From the human T2T-CHM13v2.0 reference genome, Homo sapiens, in NCBI RefSeq assembly GCF_009914755.1, contig NC_060927.1: 64,000 nucleotides of DNA. One strand, written 5' to 3'. Numbering within the stretch: position 1 is the stretch's first letter; each line of letters begins with the position of its first letter. A model generated the notes under the pieces. That model saw only the letters and a list, made by a program, of their open reading frames with translations, was not told the origin of the DNA and made no database searches. Position numbers and translations under genes: made by a program. This document shows positions 16,341-30,890 of this stretch, one piece after another.

Positions 16341-16403
16341 AAAGATATGCTAGAATATTTCATGACATAGATAATGTTCATATATAATTAAGTAAAAACC
16401 TAG

Positions 16404-16717
16404 TGTTGTAGGACAAAACTGGATTCTTGTCACACGACCAGGAAAGATTTGGCTCACAGCCACTTTGAAGGGTGAGGGGGAATGGAATGTATTGGGCGAA
16501 AAGGATAAAAGGAAAAACAGCTCAGCAAAGTGCGATGGAGTCCTGCTAACAGGCTGTCCACCTCACTGACTGAATCCCAGGTTACCACACAGGAACAAGA
16601 CGATCCAGACTCCTCCCTGCTGCAAATGGCATGAACTTCCCCAGGCTCCACCCCATCCTCCCAGTGTGCAGGCCAGTAGGAGATCCTCCGGTGACCCCGT
16701 TTTACTTGGCTGTCTCA
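16404..16717 (-). mobile_element. ERV1 solo LTR, MER61-like
   Basis: TG...CA ends; revcomp begins TGAGACAGCCAAGTAAAA. 4-bp flanks CTAG/TTAG. Homologous to 26447-26756. Confidence 0.8.
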
Positions 16718-19329
16718 TTAGCTGTACTACTTTCATAAAATAAGCTCAAATTTCTAGAAGAAATGTAAATAGATATAGATGAGGCTAAAAGGACTTACCC
16801 TAAATGATGAATGTTCCTCTATGTGTTACAGATTATTTTCATTTTAGTCTTTGTGTCTTTCTGCATATTCCAATTTTTCAATATGAAAATGTACTACTTT
16901 CATAATCAGACAAAAATATAAATGTTATTGACTAAGTGACTTTAAAACAATGAACAGTACTCTATTTCCTTGTTTGTATGCTTTTATGATAATGGCATTT
17001 TCCATTTTCAAGCTATTACCAAATGCTTCCACACTGTAGCTGCTTGAAAGCCTGTATGCCCCCTTCTCCTCTGTCATTTTCCTCCTCGCTCCATCTTCCC
17101 TGCCATAGGAGGTTCTCATCTTTCTTCCGCTGTTGAGTGCCCAGAGTCAGAAAGTCGGGACCTTAACTCAAAGTGAAAAAGAATCTAACTTTACTCCTCT
17201 CTGCTCAGTGTTTCTTCTCTGTTCTCTGGCTTAATTTTATTTTTCTGTCTCTAGTTTTTCTTCCTTATAGCTTATGATTTTTATCAGTAATATGAATAAG
17301 AGTACATGGTATTTATAGCTTTTGCTAAGTACTAGACAGTTTGCTAATTAGTTGACATATATGAACTTTTTAAGTCCTCAAAGCAGTCTTAGGATGGAAG
17401 AATTACTCCTAATCCTCACAACAACTCTAAGACATAACGATTTCTAGTCAAGCTGAATGGGTGCAGCTCACAGAGACCTTAGGCAACTTCTCCAGCCACA
17501 TTTCAGGAGTGAGACAGAATTGGTTCGAATTCATGTGTGTCCAGGTCCATAGCTCATAGTTTTTTTCATTGTGACTTGCTGCCTTCTTTTAAAAAGAAAA
17601 GAAGGGAAAAAAATATCAAATTATTCTAAAGCAGAGATCTGCTTTAAACAGATAGGGTAATCTTATAAAAAATTTTAAAAGGGATTATATTTGTTTAATT
17701 GTTATGTGTCCTATGTGTATTTCACATAGCTGTTTCATTCTCATAAAAGTAGAATTCAAAATGCACAATAATAAATTTTCGGGTTAAACAGAGTCTTATT
17801 AGGAAGGATACAGGGAGCCAGCAATCTAGGGGTGCTCTGTGCAGAAGGGAGAAGAGCCCCAAGGCCAAGGAGAGCACTCCCAGGGAGGCTGGAATGAGAA
17901 GGGGAAAGGAATTCAACCCCAGTACGAAAGGAAACCCTTGAGTCCTAGGGCTGTGCCTGTCTCGGGGATTCTAAAAGCAAGCAAAGGAATGAAAACACAT
18001 CCTTTTCAAGGCAATGTCTGCACGTCAACTTTAACATTCTGAGTAACATTATCTTGGGCACAGTTCTCCTTAATGAAAACATGTTCTTCTAAGCTGCAAA
18101 AAATAGAAAGTCCCTAAAACATAAAGCATGCCTTTTAGAAATGAATTCCAAAACTAAACAGTAGATCTCATTGAAGGCCCTTTGCTAACAAGTTGAGTTC
18201 ATCTTTGGTGTTTCTCTCTTCACCCTTTGGAACAGTCTGTCCCCACTCTTCCTTGTCTGATGGCCCAGTACTGCCATGATCCCAGCATAGAGTATCATGC
18301 ATGGACAGCCCCCTTCCTTGGGCTGTTAGGGCCTGCTGGGCAGAAGGATTTTTCTTCTTATCGAACCACACTTCTTCTTCCTTCACAGACTAATTTGGTG
18401 CCCTTGAGAGCCTGCTGCCACACTGTGTCAAGGAGGAATCTAACAAACCATGGAGATGTTACCCATGAGTCAACTTTCCTAGGGGAGATCACCTGTATTT
18501 GTACAGGAGTCTTTAGGAGAAGATGCCTTGAGCCAGAGGAGACTGTTTAATCATGGAAATTTCAGACTTTGGGAGAAGCTAAAATAGATGATGTTTAGGG
18601 GCAGATATAGCCATATGCACCCATCAAATCACACTGTATATGAAGCAAGACAAGTGGACATGAACTCTAAACAGAAAACTGTTCAGGGCACAGATGTCTG
18701 TGGACATTTTTATTATATTGAAAGAGAGAGATAGGGCAGTAGGGGTAAAGTAGGAAAGGAGAGAGAGGAAGAGGATACTGATAATAAACAGTACAATATA
18801 GGAAATATGCACCTAGTAAATGACTTCTAAGTAGTGGGGGAACTACTGGGTTAAATTCATCTGGAAGTTTTTCTCTTCCCACGGAAAGCCAGGAGAGTCC
18901 ACAAACCCATCCCATCATAGCAGGGCAAGTGGAAGAGGCATTCTCAGGAAGCTACAACAGACATTTTTAAGAACTACAGAAGAGCTATCCCTCTTGAAGA
19001 TGAGAAGTGTGCCCGAATCTATGCAGTAGCACAAACAGAAATAGCTAGATATAGGGGAACATATTTAAAAATACTAAAAAAAAAAGAGAGAGAGAGATTT
19101 GAAAAACCTTCAACTGTAAACAAACGCACACACATTCTCTGAAATTTTATCTTCCCCCCTCATAAGGTTCTGACTTATTCAGCATGAATTATGGTGGGAC
19201 ATCGGAAAATATGGTCAAGTACAAATTAGAAAGGGGTCAGAAGACAATGCAGACTCAGATCCCCAGCCAAAACCAGAATCAAACCAGACCCTCAAGGCAA
19301 TTTTGGCTAATTAGTTTTCTTACAAAGAA

Positions 19330-19560
19330 TGTTTAAGAGTCTTTACTATGTTCCAGACGCTCTGTTTTATTCAGATGAATTCAATTTTACAAAACACTTC
19401 AAAGTAGGTACTATTTTTATCTCCATTTTATAGATAAGTCCTTTGTGACTAAGAAACAGATAAGATAATTAAATTGGATCAAAGTCATGCGACTAGGATG
19501 GCAGAGCTAGGATTCAAACCCAGAGAGTCTTAGCTCCAGAGTCAGTGCTCCACTGACAGC
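19330..19560 (-). mobile_element. MIR SINE
   Basis: GGTACTATTTTTATCTCCATTTTATAGATAAG...GGCAGAGCTAGGATTCAAACCCAG. Confidence 0.8.
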
Positions 19561-20313
19561 TACTAGTGACAACAGTTTATTCTATATCAATTAATCGACT
19601 GTGGAAAACAGGACTACATCCTAGTGTTCTAGGCCCCAAACACAGAAGCATGAAACTGATTATATATTCCTCCCACACCCTTCCCCAGAAGTCTCTTTCG
19701 TTGATGGACACTGACATCTTTACCCTTAGCCCAGCCCTTCTTGTGAATGGCCACAGTATTCCTTTCCTTGCCCTACTTCCTCAGTGGGGCATCTTTGTCC
19801 ATGTACTTGGACATTTAATATTACTCTTCCTTCTGGAAATGCAGAGTCTATTCTGTCCTTTCACTTCTGGGACAGCCTCTCTTCTTTACTTTGCTCAAGA
19901 TCAATGACTCATTTCTTGAATGCTTTCCTATATGTTTCTCCTCTACCAGGCAGCCACCAGCCTTCCAGGAAGCTAAGCAGTATTGAAAGGAAGTTGAAGA
20001 AGAGGAACCCAGAGTCTCCTTCCAATATCTGGAAGGTCAGGATCTTTCTAACAGGATGCATGGGAAGTACACCAGGCTATAACTCTATTATTTAGAGCTT
20101 GTTGTGTACTTAGTAAATTGTGGATAATTCATTTCACTGTATTGGCTCAACCACTCTCAGTTTTCCTTTTTGTTATTTTCACTGAGTTCCATGGAAGAAC
20201 GTCTTCAGCTACAACAAAGGTAATAGATAGCTACTACAAAGGAGGTCCCCCCTCAACTCTTTTTTGCAATAAAAATTCTGGGGCCCAGAGTGTGCAGAGA
20301 AGATATACACCAG

Positions 20314-20355
20314 CATCCCTCCCCTGGAGTGGAACATCCCTACCCTGGAGTGGAA
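20314..20355. repeat. 21-bp tandem duplication
   Basis: CATCCCTCCCCTGGAGTGGAA followed by CATCCCTACCCTGGAGTGGAA. Confidence 0.85.
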
Positions 20356-20863
20356 TAACAGGCTTATTCCTAGTCAGATGCCCTATGCATCTATCACTTA
20401 TGGAGCATATGACGAAGTAGGGCAGGACAAACCCTGTTACTGTTTCTTAAACCACTCTCACATCTCCACATCAGCAAGGTGTCCGAGTCTACTCAGGTAA
20501 TGGTGTTTTGACTGAGGGGGCCTCAGTTTGTGCCCTGAGAATCCAAGAGGAATGGAGAACTTGGCCTAGCCTGTTGGGCTGACTGCCCTTACTTGCTAAC
20601 TGACAAGGGAATGGGAGCAACATAGCAGAATATTTATCCTGGCTTCCACATATAAAGGCTGGTGTCCAGGGCCAATTGTTGGCAAAAGAGAGTAGTGGGA
20701 AGATGTTTCCCCCATCTAAGATTCTCAGCACCCTTATTCTAATCCCTTGTCCTCTTTATCCCACACCAAGTTCCCCAAGCCTTCTCTTTTTCCTTTACTT
20801 TATCCATATCTGAACTCCAAAAGGATCTGCGATCATTCACCATATAGCAGATGTGGCTGGCAA

Positions 20864-21970
<1,107 letters not shown>

Positions 21971-22261
21971 GCAATAGAGCAAATCTCCTATTTTCTTCCT
22001 GAAGGCTGTGATTCTCAGGCTGGCTAGAAAATGCAGATTCTGAGGTTGCAGCTCTTCTGCCTATCCCACTCCCCAGGAATCTAGCTGTGAAGAAGATCCC
22101 ACAGAGGATTGTAATGTTGGGTGTTGCAGGGGAAAAACTGACTGAAGGTTAAAGGTAAAAAACCCTAAGGATATTACTGCAAAAAAGAGTGGTCGTGCCG
22201 GGCTTGCGGGGAGACCTGAGGAAGTTAGACCTCCGGAGTCCACCGCCCCCCTTTCACTACC

Positions 22262-22692
22262 TGTTATGGGTTTAAATTGTGTCCTCCCCCAGAAGATAGG
22301 CTGAACTCTTAACTTCTAGAACTTCTCAATATGACCTTATTTGGAAACAGGGTCTTTGCAGACATAATCAAGTCTAGATGAGGTCACACAGGAGTAGAGT
22401 GAGCCCTGATCCAGTATGACTGGTGTTCTTATAAGAAGAGAAGAGGCAAGTAGAGGGAAGGCAATGTGAAGACACACAGGGAGAGTGCCATGTGATGTCA
22501 CAGGCAGCATGGAGTGCTGCACACAAATGACAGAAGGAAGGGTTTTCCCCTACAGGTTTCAGATGAGCACGGCCCTGCCAACACCTGGATTTCAGTCTTT
22601 CAGCCTCCAGAGCTGTGAGGCAATACATTTCTGCTGTTTTAAGCCATCTAGGTTGTGGTACTTTGTTGTGGTGGCCCTAGCAAAATAATATA
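22262..22692 (+). mobile_element. MaLR solo LTR, MLT1B/C-like
   Basis: TGTTATGGGTTTAAATTGTGTC...GACCTTATTTGGAAACAGGGTCTTTGCAGA...CAGCCTCCAGAGCTGTGAGGCAATACATTTCTG. Confidence 0.85.
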
Positions 22693-24378
22693 CTCTCTCT
22701 AAGTCCCACCCCCGCCCCCTTCCTCCCAGGTTGTAGGATGCAGGCAGCTGCCTCTCCCACACCTACTAATGCCAGCCTTGTTGGGGTGAGCACTACAGAT
22801 TGTCTTCTTGGCTTCCTCATGCCTCAGTCCCCGGTCTGGCCTCCTGAGGGTCATGGAGTCCACGGGCTTCTGTTCCTTCTTGATCTTTCAGAGAAAGATG
22901 AACAGGATGTGGACTTATTAGGGCACTTTCAGGATGAAACCAAAGGCCCACTGGCTGTGAGGGGAACTGGAAGAGAAACCAAGTGAAGCTCCCACTTCAA
23001 TCCTAAATTGTCTGTTTCTCTGGAGCTAGAGAAAATGAACTTTTTGAGTAAAAGCAGGACCCAGCCATGCTGTTGCATGTCTAGGAATTCCCTGTGGTTC
23101 TGAGCTTTCATTGCATTTGTTCCAGGGGTGTCTGCAATTTGTCACAGAGGTCCCTGACTTTCTAGGCAGAGGGAGAAAAGGAAAGCGAGTGGGGTGGTGA
23201 CTGTGGAAGTGCTCTCTAAACATCTCCAGGGCCATGCAAACTGTCAACATTAAGGGAGGTGAGGTGGTGACCATAGTGGTTATTCCAGAATGCCTGTGGT
23301 CTGTCTCCTCTCACCTCACCCTCTGACACTCTTACTCTTGGAGTAGGTAGCTGTGTAGTGTCCTGGCAATAAGAATAACAGTCATGAAAACTGTCATTTA
23401 TCAAATGCCATATGCTGGATGGCTATTATTTCATATCCTCATTGTAACTCTGCAAGACACAGGAAACCTCCATTTTACAGGTTAGGCTCAGACAGAGTAC
23501 AGAATTTGTTCAAGTTCACAGAACTGTGGGTGGCTGAGCTAGCAATCAAGGCCAGGCACGACCATCTTTCCACTAGGCTGCACCACTTGTCCACAAAGAC
23601 AAGCACACCTTCTGCTAGCCTCGGGCAACAGAATTCTTAGTCACATCATCCTTGTGTTAGGATAGCTATCTGGAGGCTTAGCCCTTTCTTTATTGCTCTC
23701 ATAATCATTCTCAGTAGTCTGTACATTTTTGTGGAGAAATATGTACAGAGAAGAAAAGAAAGTAAATTAGTGCTTACCCACATTAAGCAGAAAGAACAAA
23801 AAGTTTTCTAATCACTTCATAGTTTTGCAATAGTTGCATTCATCAAAACCCAGTTTGCATTTTAGTGTGGAAGACCTTGCTATACCTGTGGTATCCCTGC
23901 CACACAGACTGCCCAAAGCATTTCTGAAAATTGACACAGTGTTCAGAATTTAGGGGAGCAGAAAAATGGGAATGATCTGAACCCCATGACGTATCTAGGT
24001 ATGGCTCACTTCTTTAAATGTTCAAGGGCCTCTGGTTAAGGAGAAAATTAATTTTACTCCTAAGTTTTTGAATAATATGTGATTAACGTTTTAGCCTTCT
24101 TCATACATACTTTTAACCTGTGAACCTGTTTAACAATTAAGCACATGTGGGAACTGTAAATTTTGGTTGCAGGTAAAAGAGAGAAGGTTAAATCAAGGGG
24201 ATTAGATAAACAAGGTTACCTCATTTTAAGAGTGGGTATTTAAGACTTCTCATACGAAGGTTATTTGTAGAGATGGCATTGTGGGTGGTTCTCTATTTTT
24301 CAGTGAGGCTCTAACTGAAGAGAATGACCCCACTTTGTTGTGCAAGATTTCAGCTAGTCATGAAATAGAGCAGTGGTC

Positions 24379-24906
<528 letters not shown>

Positions 24907-24939
24907 GATATAGAGCATCCATAGGAAAACGTTATTTAA

Positions 24940-25283
<344 letters not shown>

Positions 25284-26446
25284 TGTTGGATGATTTTAAA
25301 AACAGATTGGGCAGTTACTTGTTTGGGTTGGCTTTCATATGCTAATTCCTCCTTTAACACATTGGTGCTTCTGACATGCAGAATCTTCTACTCAATATTG
25401 TCACAGGACTACCAGTCACCTAATCCTCTTTTTCTATGAACTTCACTTAAGTTACAGGGAAATTTTTCTCTACAGGTCTTGCCCAATGTCTTCTAAACAA
25501 AAGATTGTGTCTGAATGCTAAGAGGGTCATGGCCACAGAGAGTGGGAGGATTTGAGCCCTTCAAGCACTTGGGTAGGAAAAAAGGAAATTAACTCATCAA
25601 ATCTTTTCTCTCAAATAGCAAAAATGCAGTAGATTCTTGCACAATGAAGAATCCTCTGCCAGTAGGCTAAAAGTCCACCTTCCTGTTTCCTTCTGTGTTC
25701 TATCTGATTCATGATCCAGAAGGGCTCATGCATTAATGTGATGTTCACAGCATTTCCACATGGTAGCTGAGAAACACTTTGCAATGCTAAAAAGTTTGAA
25801 TTACTCTTAAATGTGTATATATGCATAAATGTATATATGTAGGTCTAGACATAACATGCAAGAATCAAGATACTGATTCTTAACATTGGCAACTAGATAA
25901 ACATCAAATGTTAGAATTATGAATATTTTATTATACATGCATTTTTAAAAGGTAATTACATTTTAAAAATAAAGTAATAAATTTTAGTTTCATATACTTT
26001 TTAAATTTAAAATGTATTGTCATATAATTCATATTCTGCCTTTTAATTTTAATAGATAAAAATATATTTTTTGGGAAACGTAAAATTTTTTTATTTGCCA
26101 ATATAAAGTTTTACATTAACTTTTTACATTTTTATTAATCTATATTGAAGATTTTAATCAATTAGTTCATTACTGTCAATCGTATAAATTTGATTATAAC
26201 AACATAATTTGTATTTTTATATTGAGAAGAGAAATATTCAATTTTATGGAGCAAGCAAATAATAATTCATAAATTATATATGTCTTTATTTTATTACTCA
26301 CCCTTTCAGGATACCCAGTCATATAAAAAAAATAAAATGCAGTCATCTTTTTAAAATTTCTCATTATGAAGGTATCCTTAAAAAGGTAGACAGACAGGAC
26401 ATATTTATTAAACAATTTGTTAGCATATGGTATGAGGGTCCCCATT

Positions 26447-26756
26447 TGAGACAGCCAAGTAAAAAGGGCTCACCGGAGAATCTCCTATTGGCCTGTGCTC
26501 TGGGAGGACGGGGTGGAACCTTGAGAAGTTCTCACCATTTGTAGAGGGGAGGTGCCTGGCCTCTCCTGTTCCTGGGTGGGGACCTGGGATTATATCGTTG
26601 AGGTGGAGAGACTGTTACTGGGACTGTATCTTATTTTGCTGAGTTGTTTCTCCTTTTTCCTTTCCACCCAAAAAATTTCACTCCTAACCCTTCTATGTGT
26701 CCATGAGCCTAATCTTTCCTGGTCATGTGACAAGAAACCATTTTTTTTCTACAACA
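26447..26756 (+). mobile_element. ERV1 solo LTR, MER61-like
   Basis: TGAGACAGCCAAGTAAAAAGGG...CTACAACA with a perfect 4-bp TSD CATT. Confidence 0.85.
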
Positions 26757-28319
26757 CATTACGTTCTTGCTCCAGCCCCCACAAATATTAGTGAAGAGCC
26801 TATCTCAAATGACTATCTTTCATAGAAATGAAGATGTTTTGACTGATGCACAATTTTTATTAATTGACACAAGACCCAAAACTCCTTTTAGGTTTAATTC
26901 TTTTGTTGAAATTTTTTTCAAACATAACTCAGTTTGACAACTTCTTACCTGAATTTTCAAAATCCCCAAATCTCTAGAAATAAAACTTTTCTCTTTTAAA
27001 AAATGTATTTTGTGCCATCGTCATTTGGTGGCAAAACCTAACTGGTTTGACAGGAGATTATGTATAGCCCTTATGCATACTATTTATATTCAAATATTCA
27101 TTTAGAGATATTAATGAGTTTGATTATGGGATCTGTCCCAGATCCTGCTTGGGGGGTTATGTAATATACTATTCATGCATTATGTTACCTTTCAAAAATC
27201 TGAAAAAGTCTGGATTTCTAACACATCTTGTTTAAAGGTTTCCCTGCCTCAGTAAAAGAGCAAACTAGAAACAATGTCACGTTTTCTTTAATGACTCGGT
27301 AGATTACCTTAGAACAGAGGCACAGTATAATAATCAATAATTCCTATTGTACAAAGATTGTACAATAAGATATAGTTAAATGGCAGAGGACTTTTTGCTG
27401 AAAGTGTACTGACAACCATGATCATTTTTTTAAGGTAAGTCCTGAGTCAACTTGTTTCCATCTCGCTTGAGTTTCTAAATAGTAGCTAAGCTTGCAAAAC
27501 AATTATAGTCAAATGATACTATTAATTAACTGATTTGAATTCACTCAATTTTCATCATTTTGAATTTATTTTTTAGGATTAGGTCATACTCTAGCTCATG
27601 GGTGTATAATTAAATGTGGGTGTACAATTTTAAAAATCCAGAAATCATTGCACCAAACCATAAGCTTATGGAGAAAAGAGAAGTACTTTTTGATCTTTCT
27701 TCCTTCATAATGCTTTGCCTACACATAGTAGTCATTCAGTTGGTGTGGAAATGAATATTTTAGCCTACTGTTATATTTTGAGAAAATGCCACTGAAATCT
27801 CCATCATCAGAAACAATTTAAAACTGCCAGAACTTTAGTGTCAACATTCCTCTTGCTCTAGACTGTGAGTGGCTACACATCTATCTCCACACATGAGCTT
27901 CTTTTCTGTTTTAAGCCTAAAAACAGCAGCCATATTTGACATTGAGTTTTTTCAATGTCATATAAAATAATCATGCTCACTTCAGCTCAGATTTTATTGA
28001 AGCCATTATTGAAGCTTAAGTCTTTTGTGGACTCACTTTTGAATTCAACATTTCTTCAAGTGTCTCACAGCCATTCGTTCCACACTGTTGGTCATCCGAG
28101 GAGAAGGAACAAACCCTGGGGACACTTTCCTCCTTTGAGACTAGTGGACCTTGAGGCAAAACGACACCCACAATTGTAGTCTGAGCACCGGGAATTCCAT
28201 GTAAAGAACATTTTAAAAATATTTCAATGATGTCCTGATTAGCCTCATCCAAGTAACCAAAACAATTCTTTATACTCGCACTCCCTTCCACCCACCCTCC
28301 TCCCTCCACTAGCCACGGG

Positions 28320-30890
28320 CTGGGAGAAAATATTTGCAACACACATATCAGATATAGAATATGTATCTAGAATCAAAAACAAAACAAAACCCAAAACACT
28401 CCTTATAATTCCACCATGAAAAGATAAACAATCCAATTTACAAATAGACAACAGATACCTTAGTAAAAATAATCACACTCAGAACCTATTTCTATGTTTC
28501 TTTTAACATTCTCCAATAAAAGAACTGTGGCTCCTGAGACAAATGGCTGGTCTCAGGGCTGGGGCAAGGGCTATACTAGATGAGCCTGGCTTATCTTGTA
28601 GTTTCAGAATGTGAGGAAGGGCTCGAGAAAACACAATGATGGGGATATATCAGATGGATACAGGAACTAAGTAAAGAATCTCCCAATGGCCAAAGCTGAA
28701 ACAATGTGAGCAACAAAATCAATAATGAAATATTGATTTATAATCCATCCAAAGTGGAAAATAAATACTGAATGCATACTCTCCATAGGATATAAAAAAT
28801 CATTGGATTTTAAAAATCTGGTTAAATAGACCAACCTACAATACAGAAGTATTACAAATAATTTATTCATACATTCCATTTTGAGAAGGTGGAGTATTAC
28901 TCCCCATCATGTAAGTGTGGGCACTGCATAGCGACTTCCTTCCAAAGAGTATGGTATGGGAAAGGAAAACACAAGAGTAACTTTAGAATGGAGAAGGCTG
29001 ACAAACACAACCTTCGCTGTGTAATCAAGGTTAGCATCAGTAGTGATAAGTCATGCTGATAGCACATTGCCGAGACCAGCTCGGTCGGGGAGACCCTAAC
29101 CCAGTGGCGCTAGAGGAATTAAAGACACACACACAGAAATACAGAAGTGTAAAGTGAGAAATCAGGAGTCTCACAGCCTTCAGAGCTGAGAGCCTTGAAC
29201 AGAGAAATTTACCCACGTATTTATTAACAGCAAGCCAGTCATTAGCATTGTTTCTATAGATGTTAGATTTAAAGTATCCCTTATGGGAAACGAAGGGATG
29301 GGCTGAAATAAAAGGGGTGGGTCTGGCTAGCTATCTGCAGCAGGAACATGCCCTTAAGGCACGGATTGCTCATGCTATTTTTTGTGGTTTAAGAACGCCT
29401 TTAAATGGTTTTCCGCCCTGGACGGGCCAAGTGTTCCTTGCCCTCATTCCGGTAAACCTACAACCCTCCAGCGTGGGTGTTATGGCCATCACGAACATGT
29501 CACAGTGCTGCAGAGATTTTGTTTATGGCCAGTTTTGGGGCCAGTTTATGGCCAGATTTTGGGGGACCTGTTCCCAACAGTACATACCCTTGATATGATG
29601 GGAGGAGAATGGCACTTTACTTCTGTGGTCTTCTTCCACAAAACCCACAACCCTAGTAGAGTCACATGAAAGCTATCACAGACTCCAATTGAGGGACCTT
29701 CTATAAAATGCCTAGCCTGTATTTCTCAAAAGTGTCAAAGTCATCAAAAGCAAAGAAAGTCTGAGAAACAGATGTCTAAAGGAGCCTAAAAAGATATAGC
29801 AACCATTTTTAATGTACTGTCCTGGATGGGATCCTGGGAGAGGTAGGGAATGACACTAGGTAAGAAAGGAAAGGAAGACACAGAATATACTATGAACTTT
29901 AATAATAATATATCAGTATTGGCTTGTTCATTGTGACAAATGTACCATACTAATGTAAGATGTTAACAGTAGAAGAAACTGGGTGTGTGGCATATGGGAA
30001 CTCTTTGCACAATCTTTGCAACTTTTCTGTAAATCAAAAACTCTTCTAAAATAAAAAGTTTATTTTAAAAAAAATGAACAACAGGTTTGAACAGACGCCC
30101 CACCAACAAACACATACAAGTGGCTAAGAAGCACTTTAAGGATGCTCGACGTAATTAATCATCAGGGGAATGAAATTAAAACCATAATGAGATTTACTAT
30201 AAACCCACTAGACTAAAATTATAAAGACTGACAAAAACAAGTGTTGGCAAGGATGTGGAGGAACAGGAATTTTTATACACCTCCAATAGGGATAAAAAAT
30301 AGTACAACTAACTACTTTGGAAAACAGTTTGGCAGTTTCATAAAGTTATATATACACTGTCATATGACCCAGTCACTCTAATCTTAGGTATTTACCCAAT
30401 AGAAATTAAAGCACAAATCCACATAAATAAAGACTTGTACATAGATGTTTATAGCCCCCCCTCAGAAAAACAACCCAAATATCCATCAATCAGTGAATGG
30501 ATAAACAAACTGTCACATATCCATATAATGGGACCCAACTTGACAATGAAATGTAACAAACTACAGCAACATCATGATAAAATCTCAGCAACATCATGCT
30601 TAGCCACATGCAAGAATGTACATGCTGTGTTATGCTACTTACATGCAATGCTAGCAAGTGTGCACTATATTTCAAGGGACAGAAAGAAGATCAGTGGTGC
30701 ATAGGATAGGAGAGCCAGTATTGACTTGACAAGGGTAAGAGGGGACTTTGTGGACGGATAAAAATGTTCCATATCTTGATTGTGGTGCTTACATAAGCGT
30801 ATGCATTTGTTAATGCTCATCAAACTGTACATTTATAATGGTGCATTTCATCTTATGTAATACAATTTAATATAGTTGATTTGTTTAAAA
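28320..30890 (+). mobile_element. Nested old L1M cluster (L1MC/MD 3' region within an L1M/L1ME ORF2-3'UTR remnant)
   Basis: GGGAGAAAATATTTGCAACACACATATC; TTGTGACAAATGTACCATACTAATGTAAGATGTTAAC; GTGTTGGCAAGGATGTGGAG. Confidence 0.75.
29068..29579 (-). mobile_element. MER9 solo LTR (HERV-K HML-3/HERVK9)
   Basis: 512 bp; revcomp starts TGTTGGGAACAGGTCCCCCAAAATCTGGCCATAAACTGGCCCCAAAACTGGCC. 6-bp TSD GCACAT/GTACAT, the length typical of betaretrovirus-like ERVs. Confidence 0.9.

Noticed and set aside
25880-26400. Very AT-rich stretch (possible MAR or origin)
   Set aside because: No specific structure; most likely low-complexity sequence or a decayed DNA transposon.
27345-27367. Perfect hairpin TATTGTACAA-AGA-TTGTACAATA
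   Set aside because: 10-bp AT-rich arms built from a repeated palindrome; too short for a pre-miRNA or MITE and plausible by chance or micro-duplication.
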